64,000 bases of DNA, taken from positions 18,469-82,468 of the forward strand of contig JBEVJN010000061.1 of NCBI GenBank assembly GCA_040510135.1, written 5' to 3'. Below, piece after piece: positions 36,841 to 46,127 of this stretch (position 1 is the stretch's first letter; each line of letters starts with the position of its first letter). The notes beneath the pieces were generated by a model. It saw only the letters and a program-made list of their open reading frames with translations. It had not been told where the DNA came from and ran no database searches. A program made the translations under genes and the position numbers. The stretch is from Acidimicrobiia bacterium (lineage in GTDB: Bacteria > Actinomycetota > Acidimicrobiia > Spongiisociales > ZC4RG35).

Positions 36841-38747
36841 GAGTCAGCGGGCTCGACCACCATCGGCACGTCGGGCAGATCGTCATCGGGAGAGAAACCC
36901 AACACTTTCCCGTAGAAAGCGAGCTCGGACTCCAGGCTGTGGATGATGTTCTCCGCCTTGCGGAACCCGTGATCTTCACCCTCGTAGGTGAGATGTGCGT
37001 GCGGGATCCCGTTCGCAGACAAGGCGGCGGAGATCGCCTCGGCCTGTTCCGGCGGGACCACCTTGTCCTCCAGACCCTGGAGCAGGATGACCGGGACTGT
37101 GATCTGGTCCGCCGAATTGAGGGGTGATCTGCGTTTCATCTCCTCGCGGTCGGTGCCGACCAACCCGTCGAGATAGCGCGACTCGAACTTGTGGGTGTGG
37201 TCGACGAGGAGCCCGAGGTCGGCCACCCCGAAGTAGGAGCCCCCAGCGCTGAACGCGTCCCCGAAGGCGAGGGATGCCAGCGTGGTGTAGCCGCCGGCAC
37301 TGCCTCCGGTGATGATCAGTCGTTCGCCGTCGACCTCACCCTCGTCGGCCAGATAGCGAGCCGCCGCGAGGCAGTCTTCGACATCGACGATGCCCCAACT
37401 GTCACGGAGGAGGTTCCGGAACCTGCGCCCGTAACCGGTCGAACCGCGGTAATTGACGTCGACCAAGCCGAAGCCCCTGGTGGTCCAGTACAGGAACGCC
37501 GGTCTGAGCCACGGGAAGACGTGCGACGTCGGGCCCCCGTGGACCTTCATGATCAGGGGAGGCTTCTCCCCTCCGGGCCCCTCGTAACCGGGATTGGTAG
37601 GTGGGTAATAGACGCCGTGGCCGACCTCGCCATCAGCGGTGGGGAAAGTGATGATGCGTGCTGCGGGGATGTAACCGGGCTCGACCGGCACGGGGTTGGA
37701 CCGGACCACACTGAGGGTGCCCGTGTCGACCTCGAGCTCATGGATCGAGTTCGGCGTCGTAGGTCCGTGCCCGATGAACCAAGCCCGGGAGCCGCCGTCA
37801 GTGACCAGAAACTCGAGACCGGTCAGGTGGTTGGGGAGACGTCTGAGGCTGCCATCCCGGTCGATTACGCCGAGATGGTTGACTCCGTCCTCCCAGAAGG
37901 CGGCAAGGATCCGTCCTTCAGAGAGGAATCCAAAGCTGGTGAGGCCGAAAATCCACGCCGGTACCCCAAAATCGGCCTCCATGGCGAGTATCGGGCTCGT
38001 CACCCCGCCCTCGAAGCGATGCAGGTTCCACCACCCGTTCCGGTCGGAGGCGAAAACGATGCTCCCGTCCGGTGCCCACTCCGGTTGGAAGATGGACTCA
38101 TCGAGACCACCTGCGATCTCTTCGATGTCGACCAGTCCGTCCGCGGTGATGGTCCCGGTCTTGAGGAGAGTCCCGTCCCAGGGCATGTTGGGGTGATCCC
38201 ATTCCAGCCAGGCGAGATGCCGGCCATCACCCGATGGCCGGGGGAACGCGTAGAAGTCCCTACCGGTGGCCAGGACCGTCACATCCTGGGTGGCGGGGTC
38301 GATCCTGACGATCTCGTTCGCCGGCTCCCTGTCACCATGACTCTCCCGGACAGCGACGATGTCCCCATTGGGCAGAAAGCGGCTGTCGGCGTAACGCAGG
38401 GCGCCTGGCCGGGTGGGCTCGGGCGTGATCGGCCCCTGTCCGAGGAGACACAGCCTTTGATCGGAGAACTCGGAGTAGGCCACCTTCCCGTCGGCGACGG
38501 TGAAGGCACCACCTCCGTATTCGTGGACCGTGGTCCGGACATAGATCGGTGGCGGGGTCACGTCGCTGAGCTGACCGGCTTGGTCACGACGCACCAGGAC
38601 CTGGCGGCCCCCTTCGGAGGGACGCCCTTCCAGCCAGTACAGATCATCGCCGTCGATCGTGATCTGCCCGAAAAGGACCACGCCTCCGACCGTGTCGGCG
38701 GCCGAGACTGGCGACGGCCAGGCGCCATAGGGTCGGGTCTGAGCCAT
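36837..38747 (-). CDS. S9-family serine peptidase (prolyl oligopeptidase/acylaminoacyl-peptidase-like)
   Basis: N-terminal beta-propeller region, then a C-terminal hydrolase with nucleophile ITGGSAGGYT and a late EGEDHGF histidine motif. Confidence 0.9.
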   Translation of the reverse strand: MAQTRPYGAWPSPVSAADTVGGVVLFGQITIDGDDLYWLEGRPSEGGRQVLVRRDQAGQLSDVTPPPIYVRTTVHEYGGGAFTVADGKVAYSEFSDQRLCLLGQGPITPEPTRPGALRYADSRFLPNGDIVAVRESHGDREPANEIVRIDPATQDVTVLATGRDFYAFPRPSGDGRHLAWLEWDHPNMPWDGTLLKTGTITADGLVDIEEIAGGLDESIFQPEWAPDGSIVFASDRNGWWNLHRFEGGVTSPILAMEADFGVPAWIFGLTSFGFLSEGRILAAFWEDGVNHLGVIDRDGSLRRLPNHLTGLEFLVTDGGSRAWFIGHGPTTPNSIHELEVDTGTLSVVRSNPVPVEPGYIPAARIITFPTADGEVGHGVYYPPTNPGYEGPGGEKPPLIMKVHGGPTSHVFPWLRPAFLYWTTRGFGLVDVNYRGSTGYGRRFRNLLRDSWGIVDVEDCLAAARYLADEGEVDGERLIITGGSAGGYTTLASLAFGDAFSAGGSYFGVADLGLLVDHTHKFESRYLDGLVGTDREEMKRRSPLNSADQITVPVILLQGLEDKVVPPEQAEAISAALSANGIPHAHLTYEGEDHGFRKAENIIHSLESELAFYGKVLGFSPDDDLPDVPMVVEPADS

Positions 38748-38794
38748 CTCCGCAGGCTATCGGTGCGCGGGGTGCTCTCACCAATCATTACCTT

Positions 38795-39898
38795 GTGGCC
38801 GATGCGAGCAAACGATTGGCGCACATGAGCACGGATACGAGAGAAGAAGGGCTCTACGACTACGCGCTGAGGGAGCCACGGCTCCCGGCTCCCGAGAATC
38901 GGGACAACGACAGGATCGGCATTCCTATCGAGGCGCGGCTCGAGATGTACGAGATGCAACAGCTCCTCCGGCAGTTCGAGAAGCGGGCGTACGACATGTT
39001 CCTGCAAAACCTCGTGAAAGGAACGTCGCATCTGTCCCTCGGCCAAGAGGCGGTGGCCACCGGTTTCGCGCGGGTGATGAGACCCGATGACTTCACCTTT
39101 GCCACCTATCGCGGCCACGCCCACACGCTGGCCCGGGGCGCCGACCCGGGTTCCGTTCTCGCCGAGCTGCTCGGCAGGGAGAACGGGATCCTCAAAGGCA
39201 AGGGCGGATCGATGCACCTGACGTCGGTCGAGCACGGGATGATGGGCTCCTACGCCATAATCGGCGCCCATCTCACCATTGCCAACGGTGCGGCATGGTC
39301 CTCCCAGATGCGGGGCACCGATCAGGTGTCCGTCTGTTTCTTCGGGGATGGGACCACGAACATCGGCGCCTTCCACGAGGCATTGAACCTGGCCGCCATC
39401 TGGGATCTCCCTGTCGTGTTCGTGTGCGAGAACAACCTCTGGATGGAATACACGCCCATAGACCTGATCACCGCGGTAGCCAACCCGGCGGCGGACCGGG
39501 CGTCCGCATACGGGCTAGAGGGAATCGTGGTCGACGGGAACGACGCCGACGCCGTCTACCAGGTGGCCAGTCAGGTGATCTCGAAGGCCCGACGCGGGCA
39601 GGGACCGTCCCTAGTCGAGGCCCAGACCTACCGCGAACAGGGGCACAGCCGTGCCGACCCGGCCAAATACCGTCCCCCCGCCGAGGTCCAGGCCTGGAAG
39701 GAGCGGGACCCGATCCCGATGTATCACGAGAGGCTGCTTCGCCTTGGTGTCCCCGAGGGTGATCTGAGCACGATCCAGCAGGACGTGGCGAGGCGGGTCG
39801 ACGAGGCGACGGAGTTCGCCAAGGGCGGCGCGACGCCCGGGGAGGAGCACCTCCTCACCGATGTGTGGGCCGATGGGGGTTCGGCGTGGCGGAACTGA
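38795..39898 (+). CDS. thiamine-diphosphate-dependent 2-oxoacid (pyruvate/acetoin) dehydrogenase E1 alpha subunit
   Basis: TPP motif GDGTTNIGAFHEALNLAAIWDLPVVFVCENN, plus YRGHA and YREQGHS motifs. An alternative ATG lies at 38825. Confidence 0.9.
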   Translation: MADASKRLAHMSTDTREEGLYDYALREPRLPAPENRDNDRIGIPIEARLEMYEMQQLLRQFEKRAYDMFLQNLVKGTSHLSLGQEAVATGFARVMRPDDFTFATYRGHAHTLARGADPGSVLAELLGRENGILKGKGGSMHLTSVEHGMMGSYAIIGAHLTIANGAAWSSQMRGTDQVSVCFFGDGTTNIGAFHEALNLAAIWDLPVVFVCENNLWMEYTPIDLITAVANPAADRASAYGLEGIVVDGNDADAVYQVASQVISKARRGQGPSLVEAQTYREQGHSRADPAKYRPPAEVQAWKERDPIPMYHERLLRLGVPEGDLSTIQQDVARRVDEATEFAKGGATPGEEHLLTDVWADGGSAWRN

Positions 39899-40860
39899 CC
39901 TATCGGAACGCCGTCGCCTACGGCATCGCTCAGGAGATGCGACGCGACCCGAGTCTGGTGATGCTGGGAGAGGACATCGCCGGTGCGGGCGGGGTGTTCA
40001 AGACCACCGTGGGACTCCTCGAGGAGTTCGGGCCGGACCGGATCAGAGACACGCCGATCTCGGAGCAAGCGATCCTCGGGGCGGCGATGGGCGCAGCGAT
40101 GACTGGCATCCCGGTCATCGCAGAGATCATGTTCTCCGATTTCATCGCGGTCAGTTTCGATCTGCTCGCCAACGAGATCGCCAAGTCCCGGTACATGACC
40201 GGCGGCCAGGTGACGGTCCCGATAGTGGTTCGCACCGCCAACGGAGGCGGGTCCCGGTTCGGCGCGCAGCACTCCCAGAGCGTGGAGAACTGGGTGATGA
40301 TGATTCCCGGTCTCAAGGTGGTTGCCCCTTCGACTCCGTTGGACGTGGTCGGCCTGCTCGCGGCTTCGATCCGTGACCCCGACCCGGTCGTTTTCCTCGA
40401 GCACAAGTCGCTCATGGCCGACAAGCAGGACGTCCCGGACGGTGAGATCGTCGACGAGTTGGGAGTGGCCAAGGTGATTCGGGAGGGAACAGACTGCACC
40501 ATCATTGCCCTTGCCTTGATGGTCCCCCGGGCGCTCGAGGCGGCGGGACGGCTCGAGGAGCAAGGGATTTCCGCCGAGGTCATCGACCTTCGCACGCTCG
40601 TGCCCTTGGACACTCAGACCATCCTCGGATCGGTGAGCAAGACCAGTCGCCTGTTCACCGTGGAGGAGAACCCACGACTGTGCGGCTGGGGGGCCGAAAT
40701 CGCATCGATCGTGGCCGACGAGGCGTTCTGGGATCTCGACGGGCCGGTGGTCCGGATCACCACGCCACACATCCCGCTCCCCGCGGCGGAGGCATTGGAG
40801 GACATGGCGATTCCCTCCGTCGACAGGGTCACGGAGACCGTCACCAAACACATGGGTTGA
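39886..40860 (+). CDS. 2-oxoacid dehydrogenase E1 beta subunit
   Basis: LTYRNAVAYGIAQEMRRDPSLVMLGEDI...DTPISEQAILGAAMGAAMTG is typical E1-beta. The GTG at 39886 overlaps the alpha stop; an ATG at 39865 is an alternative. Confidence 0.9.
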   Translation: MAELTYRNAVAYGIAQEMRRDPSLVMLGEDIAGAGGVFKTTVGLLEEFGPDRIRDTPISEQAILGAAMGAAMTGIPVIAEIMFSDFIAVSFDLLANEIAKSRYMTGGQVTVPIVVRTANGGGSRFGAQHSQSVENWVMMIPGLKVVAPSTPLDVVGLLAASIRDPDPVVFLEHKSLMADKQDVPDGEIVDELGVAKVIREGTDCTIIALALMVPRALEAAGRLEEQGISAEVIDLRTLVPLDTQTILGSVSKTSRLFTVEENPRLCGWGAEIASIVADEAFWDLDGPVVRITTPHIPLPAAEALEDMAIPSVDRVTETVTKHMG

Positions 40861-40962
40861 GGCGCCAATCTCCCTAGGGTGAGGCGAATGGCGGGGCTGC
40901 CGGTGAAAGATGATTTCGATCTGGGCTAAACCTCGGCCCCAGACGGCCGAGACAACCCTTAC

Positions 40963-41937
40963 ATGACCGGTCTCAGACCGCCCCCCAAGTCTGAAACCAC
41001 GAGCCGGGTCTTCCTTCGGTTTGTGGTGCTCGTCCTGCTCCTGATCGTGGCCGCGGCCGCGATATGGACCACGGTCACGCTTGATCGCATCGAACTCGTC
41101 GAGGACCTCGCCTTGGAGGATCTGGAAAACGAAACCGTGGTGACTGCCAGCGGCACAGTTCTCAATGTGGTCAATGCGGACGAAGGGACGGTTCCCCTCG
41201 TCCTGCTTCACGATGTCGACGTGGCCGGAGGGGTCCTCTGGGACGAAGTAGTGGCAGAGCTCGACCCCCGGTTTTCGGTGACGCGAGTCGACCTCCCCGG
41301 ATTCGGGCTCAGTGAGAGGATCCCGGAAGAGGGGAGCAGACACACCGTGGCCTCCATGGCCGAGGAAGTAGCGGACGTGATGAAGCAGAGCTTCGGTCAG
41401 CCGGCCGTCGTCGCCGGGGTCGGGCTTGGCGGAGAGGTGGCCGCCGAAATGGCTGTGACCCAGCCCGACCTTCTCGCCGGCCTGGTGATGGTCGATGTCG
41501 ACTTCTACAAGCCCCGGGAGTGGGATGAGTTCCTCGAGAAGCTTCCCTGGTTCGGAACCGCTGCCACATACGCCCTCGAGACAGGTGGTCCGCTCGCTGC
41601 CGGCCGCTGGGCGCCCAATTGCGAGAGTGGCGGTTGGTGCCCGTCGCCGAGTCAGACCGAAGCCCGCGATCGCGCCGAGACGATCGTCGACACTTCCGAG
41701 TCGATTCATTCCTTCCGTCGCACCCCCGCTGCCTCCCAGGTGCCTTCGAAACTGGGTGAGATCACGACGCCAACTCACTATCTCTGGAGCCAGGCAGGAG
41801 ACGTCCCGCGAGAATCGGTCGACCGGGTGCAGGAGGCCATGCCCGCGGCAACCGTCGAAGTGGTGGCCGACGCATGGAAGGCCCACCTCGACACCCCGGA
41901 AGTGGTTGCAGCGACCCTCGCCGGTTACTTGCAGTAG
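40963..41937 (+). CDS. membrane-anchored alpha/beta-hydrolase-fold protein lacking the nucleophile serine
   Basis: N-terminal TM helix FLRFVVLVLLLIVAAAAIW. HDVDVAGG oxyanion region. The nucleophile elbow reads GVGLGG instead of G-x-S-x-G. A C-terminal His (AWKAHLDTPE) is retained. Confidence 0.7.
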   Translation: MTGLRPPPKSETTSRVFLRFVVLVLLLIVAAAAIWTTVTLDRIELVEDLALEDLENETVVTASGTVLNVVNADEGTVPLVLLHDVDVAGGVLWDEVVAELDPRFSVTRVDLPGFGLSERIPEEGSRHTVASMAEEVADVMKQSFGQPAVVAGVGLGGEVAAEMAVTQPDLLAGLVMVDVDFYKPREWDEFLEKLPWFGTAATYALETGGPLAAGRWAPNCESGGWCPSPSQTEARDRAETIVDTSESIHSFRRTPAASQVPSKLGEITTPTHYLWSQAGDVPRESVDRVQEAMPAATVEVVADAWKAHLDTPEVVAATLAGYLQ

Positions 41938-41939
41938 CG

Positions 41940-42956
41940 CTAGCGAGCCTCGAACTCCAGGATGTGGACCATGTTGTTGGCGTAGCCGTTCTTGTTCCAG
42001 GGCGAGCTCATCGGCTGGCTGTTCCCGGCCGAGTCCGTCGCCCGGGCCATCACCGCGTGCCTGCCCGGTTCGACGACGACCTCATGACGCCAGGCGACAG
42101 CCGCCAGCGGCCCGGAGCCCGGTTCTATCTCTGCCGTCTGCCATGTCTTGCCCCGATCCATCGAGACCCCGACCTCCGCTACGGGCACCTCGCCGGACCA
42201 AGCCGAGCCCATGATGGCGACAGCCCCAGCCGGAACCAACTCCCCCTGGCCTGGCCGGGCGATCAACGATCTGAGCTGGATCTCCGCTACGGGTGATGCG
42301 TCCTCGAACCGATCATCGCCGAGGTATCGGTATCGCTGGACGAAATGGCCGGTAAAAGGCTCGATCGCCCCTTCGATGGCGGCCAGCCATTTCACGGACC
42401 GCATGGCGTAGTGCCCGGGCAGCACAAACCGGATAGGCCCACCGTGCTCGATCCCCAGCGGCGCATCGCCCCAGTGGGTCACGAGGAGAGCCGACCCATC
42501 CTGCACCCGATCGATGGGAACCGAGAACTGGTAGTTGATGTCTCCCTCCGGCCAGACCGTGCCGCGATCGGAACCGGTGAGGACCAGCTCCAGGACCTCG
42601 TCGGGCACCACCCCCAGCGCGTCGACGAGTCGCACTCCGCCGATCCTGATCGGGGATACGCCACCGAGACCCCACTCCAAACCGCTCACCTCCGGCCTCA
42701 CCATCGACCGCCCGTTGCCGGCGCACTCGAGGACCATCTCCATTTCCACCTGATCCAGCTCCGACAGCGTCGCGATGCTCAGAGTGTGCGACGGGCGGCC
42801 CGGCATGAGCACCTCGATCTCAGCGGCCGCCGTCGCGGGGATGGGGAAGCTGTTGCGGAGATATGCCCGATCCTGGGGGATGGGGCTCCCGTCGAGCGCC
42901 GCGAGGGGCACCGCGGCGTTTGGCGGCTCGTCGGTGATGTATTCGAGATCTGACAC
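41940..42956 (-). CDS. sulfite-oxidase-family molybdoenzyme (Moco domain plus dimerisation domain)
   Basis: LECAGNGR molybdenum-cysteine motif and HGGPIRFVLPGHYAMRSVKWL, followed by an Ig-like C-terminal domain (GSAWSGEVPVAEVGVSMDRGKTW). Confidence 0.85.
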   Translation of the reverse strand: MSDLEYITDEPPNAAVPLAALDGSPIPQDRAYLRNSFPIPATAAAEIEVLMPGRPSHTLSIATLSELDQVEMEMVLECAGNGRSMVRPEVSGLEWGLGGVSPIRIGGVRLVDALGVVPDEVLELVLTGSDRGTVWPEGDINYQFSVPIDRVQDGSALLVTHWGDAPLGIEHGGPIRFVLPGHYAMRSVKWLAAIEGAIEPFTGHFVQRYRYLGDDRFEDASPVAEIQLRSLIARPGQGELVPAGAVAIMGSAWSGEVPVAEVGVSMDRGKTWQTAEIEPGSGPLAAVAWRHEVVVEPGRHAVMARATDSAGNSQPMSSPWNKNGYANNMVHILEFEAR

Positions 42957-42965
42957 GGGGCCAAC

Positions 42966-43616
42966 CTACCGAGGCGCCGCTTCGTTTTCGGAAAGCTGGG
43001 CTGTCACCCATTGCGCCCAGCGACGGGTCAAGTCGTCGACCGCGGCGCGGTCGGTGCCGGTTGGATAGAGGGTGGGACCGACGATCACCCTGAGCCGGCC
43101 TTTGCGGAACTTGTTGTCTATGCCGAGCACCTGATCGGACCCGGTGACCGCCACCGCCACCAAAGGCGCTCCGGTGCGAGCCGCCAACCAGGCCGCACCG
43201 CGCTTGAACCCGGCATCACCAAATCTCTCTACCCGGATTCCCTCGGGGAAAAGACCGACCACACCCCCGGATTCGAGATGGGCCAGACATTGCCGCACGG
43301 TCCCCAGCGGCACCGCACCCCTGCGCACCGTGATCGCTTCCCAGGAATCGAGGGCCCAATCGAGTGTCCGGTGGTTCCCGTAGAGATCGATGAGGGCGAT
43401 GAAACGGGCTCGTTTCCCATAAACGGCCCCGACCAGAGGAGGGTCGAGAAAGGAGTAGTGATTGGCGGCGAGAACGAATGGGGGGGTGGGAAACCCCGGT
43501 CCCCGATCCACCCGGAGCCTCCACAGGATCCTGGCGCCGAGCCTGATCAACGGCAGCGATATCAGCCACCACAGCCGGCTCCGGAGCGTGGGTTTCGACG
43601 AGTCGGGCTGCGTCAA
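42966..43616 (-). CDS. lysophospholipid (1-acyl-sn-glycerol-3-phosphate) acyltransferase family protein
   Basis: H(X)4D motif NHYSFLDP and FPEGIR block. Confidence 0.8.
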   Translation of the reverse strand: MTQPDSSKPTLRSRLWWLISLPLIRLGARILWRLRVDRGPGFPTPPFVLAANHYSFLDPPLVGAVYGKRARFIALIDLYGNHRTLDWALDSWEAITVRRGAVPLGTVRQCLAHLESGGVVGLFPEGIRVERFGDAGFKRGAAWLAARTGAPLVAVAVTGSDQVLGIDNKFRKGRLRVIVGPTLYPTGTDRAAVDDLTRRWAQWVTAQLSENEAAPR

Positions 43617-44599
43617 GGGAGCAGCAAGACCTTGCCGGTGGTCTGCCTCCCCTCCAGCGCCCGATGGGCAGCCGCGGCGTCGGTGAGGGGGAATTCATGG
43701 CCGATACGCACCTGGAGCTCACCCGATTGGATCCAGGCGAAGACGTCATCGCTGCGTGACAGGAGTTCTTCGGTGGTCAGGAGATAGTGCGCCATCGACG
43801 GTCGTGTCAGGAAGAGAGACCCCTTCTGCGAGAGCAGAAGCGGCGCGATCTCGGGCACCGGGCCCGATGCGTTGCCAAATGTCACCATCATCCCGCGGGG
43901 CCGGAGCAGGTCGAGTCCTTTCATGAAAGTGTCGGCGCCGACGCCGTCGTACACGACGTCGAGCGGCTTCGGCCCGGCCAACACCTCGACCGAGTCCCGG
44001 AAATCGGCCTCTGTGTACACGATCACATGATCCGCCCCTGCCCCGCGACTCAACTCCGCTTTGTCGGCGCTACCCACCGTGGTGAACACCTCGGCTCCTC
44101 GCAGCTTGGCGATCTGGGTCAGCAGGAGACCGACCCCTCCGGCCCCGGCATGGATCAGACATCGGTGTCCCGCGTGGAGTTGGAACGTGTCGATAGCGAG
44201 ATATTGGGCGGTGAGACCCTGCAGCAGGACTGCGGCCACCGTCTTCGGGTCGAGACCGTCCGGGATCGGTACGGCTCGCTTCGCCGGGATCACATGACGT
44301 TCCGCGTAGGAACCCCGGACGTCTGCCCAGCCCACCTGGTCACCCACCTGGAACCCATCGACATCATCACCCACCGCCGACACAGTGCCGGCTCCCTCCA
44401 CGCCCGGGACGAAGGGGAGGGCGATGTCATAGAGACCGCTGCGGTGGTAGATGTCGACATAGTTCACACCCGCCGCCGCCACATCGACCAGCAGATCCCC
44501 AGGCCCGGCCTCGGGCTCGGGCACATCGTCGAGGACCAGATTCTCGGGCCCGCCGAGCGCGGGGACGACGATGGCTTTCACGCTTGCTCCACCTTCCAT
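43613..44599 (-). CDS. NADPH:quinone oxidoreductase (zeta-crystallin-like MDR)
   Basis: KAIVV...GGPENL N-terminus and a cofactor motif IHAGAGGVGLLLTQIAK. No structural zinc cysteines. A GTG at 44581 is an alternative start. Confidence 0.85.
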   Translation of the reverse strand: MEGGASVKAIVVPALGGPENLVLDDVPEPEAGPGDLLVDVAAAGVNYVDIYHRSGLYDIALPFVPGVEGAGTVSAVGDDVDGFQVGDQVGWADVRGSYAERHVIPAKRAVPIPDGLDPKTVAAVLLQGLTAQYLAIDTFQLHAGHRCLIHAGAGGVGLLLTQIAKLRGAEVFTTVGSADKAELSRGAGADHVIVYTEADFRDSVEVLAGPKPLDVVYDGVGADTFMKGLDLLRPRGMMVTFGNASGPVPEIAPLLLSQKGSLFLTRPSMAHYLLTTEELLSRSDDVFAWIQSGELQVRIGHEFPLTDAAAAHRALEGRQTTGKVLLLP

Positions 44600-45063
44600 C
44601 CCCGGCTCCGCAGCTCCAGCGCCAGCAATTCGTCACTGATGAAGGAGAGGTCGGGCGCCTTCGGATCCGCCCCCAGACAGCGCTCGACGGGGTCGCGAAG
44701 TGTTCGCGCCCAGGCCTTGCCTTTCGCCTCCGCCTCCAGGCTCAGTGTCGAATCGGGATTGACGGTGTAGACCCGCGCCGTGATCTGAGGATTGGCGCGG
44801 GAGCCGCGCTCGCCGTAGACCAGGAGGGTGGCGCCCATGGGCAGATCCTGGATCCCGCCGGTGGCCACGAAAGGCCCTTCGAACGCCCAACCCGATGCCC
44901 TCGTGTCGTCCACCGACTCCACTACCTTCGCCCAGTTCTTGTGACGCTCGTCTCCGACCAGCGGGACGTCGACCGCCACCATGACCATGTCGCCCATGGG
45001 CCGAGAGTAGGCGAAGGCAGCCCGGAGTCGCGAGGTGAAGTCGGTACGCTTTAGGCTCGACAC
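44578..45063 (-). CDS. hypothetical protein
   Basis: The ORF has typical high-GC codon bias. Its stop overlaps the Qor start region. I recognise no motif. The ORF-track GTG start at 45063 abuts the divergent ATG at 45064, so the ATG at 44997 (MGDMVMVAVDV) is more likely. Confidence 0.5.
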   Translation of the reverse strand: MSSLKRTDFTSRLRAAFAYSRPMGDMVMVAVDVPLVGDERHKNWAKVVESVDDTRASGWAFEGPFVATGGIQDLPMGATLLVYGERGSRANPQITARVYTVNPDSTLSLEAEAKGKAWARTLRDPVERCLGADPKAPDLSFISDELLALELRSRGWKVEQA

Positions 45064-46062
45064 ATGGCCAAGCTTCGCCTCTTTGCAAACCTCCGGGAAC
45101 TGGCCGGCACATCGCGGCTCGATGTCTCTTCCGAGACCGTGGGAGGAGTGATCGAGGCGGCATCGGACAAGTTCGGGCCTGATTTCCGGCGCGGCGTGGA
45201 GACTTCACGCGTGTGGGTCAACGGTGAGGCGGCGTCGATGGACGACAGCGTGACCGAGGATGACGAGGTCGTGCTCATACCACCGGTCTCGGGTGGAGAT
45301 CAGCCGGCCACCACCTTTTCCGCAGTCGACTTTCTGGCATTCCTGCCCGCCGCGGTGGCCGTGGCAGCCGTCCTCGCCAACACCCAGGGCCAAGACATCT
45401 GGGCCGCTGTCCTCGTGCTCATCGTCGCCATCTGGGCGCTGGACATCGGATCGGCGTTCGCGGCCCGAGGGCGGGAGTTCGCCCCGCTTGCCGTTGTGGT
45501 CACGGCGGCCGGGTCGGCGATGGCTGCTCACGTCGCCGGGGGCGGCGGGTACGCCCTCTCCCTGGTCATCGCGGTGGTCGTGGGTCTGGGTTGGGCGGTG
45601 GCCTTCCCCCAGTACCGGCAGGTGGAGGTATTCAGCCCGACCCTGATGGTTGCTCTCCTCGCCGGGTTGGGAACTGCCTCCCTCGTGCTGGCCCGCTCTG
45701 CCCAATCCCCGGAAGCGAACGCAGTCGACGTGTTTCTCGTGTCCGTCATCGCCGCTGTCGGCCTCAGTTCCATCCTGGAACGGATCAATCCGATCCCCCT
45801 CCTCGATCCGTTTTCGGTCACCGCTCTGGGAGCCGTCCTCGCCGCGGTCGGCGCCGCTCTGATCTGGGACCTATCCGTTGTCTCCTATCTACTCGTCGGT
45901 CTGGGCGTCGCCGTGGCCCTGCTGGCCGGCCGAGGTCTGTCGTCGATGTTGCGCATGGGCAGGGTGATTCTCACCGAACGGCCCCCCGGGGCTCTGGTCA
46001 GTCTCGACGGTGTCGTGTTGGCTGCTGCGATCTACTACCCGCTGCTGCTCCTGGTCCTTTGA
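45064..46062 (+). CDS. MoaD/ThiS-like ubiquitin-fold domain fused to a polytopic membrane domain
   Basis: Residues 1-78, MAKLRLFANLRELAGTS...VWVNGEAASMDDSVTEDDEVVLIPPVSGG, form a complete MoaD/ThiS domain including the terminal GG (45292-45297). About 254 residues follow in frame, with 7-8 hydrophobic segments. Confidence 0.7.
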   Translation: MAKLRLFANLRELAGTSRLDVSSETVGGVIEAASDKFGPDFRRGVETSRVWVNGEAASMDDSVTEDDEVVLIPPVSGGDQPATTFSAVDFLAFLPAAVAVAAVLANTQGQDIWAAVLVLIVAIWALDIGSAFAARGREFAPLAVVVTAAGSAMAAHVAGGGGYALSLVIAVVVGLGWAVAFPQYRQVEVFSPTLMVALLAGLGTASLVLARSAQSPEANAVDVFLVSVIAAVGLSSILERINPIPLLDPFSVTALGAVLAAVGAALIWDLSVVSYLLVGLGVAVALLAGRGLSSMLRMGRVILTERPPGALVSLDGVVLAAAIYYPLLLLVL

Positions 46063-46127
46063 CACTCGTTTGCAATTAGGTCGCTCCGACTAGAGCAGGC
46101 CACGGTCTCGGGTTAGCCTTCCCGTCG

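Noticed and set aside
40889-40930. 13-codon mini-ORF (MAGLPVKDDFDLG) between E1 beta and the hydrolase-fold gene, considered as a relic of a lipoyl/E2 gene.
   Set aside because: It is too short, has no lipoyl-lysine motif and no SD. It is indistinguishable from chance.
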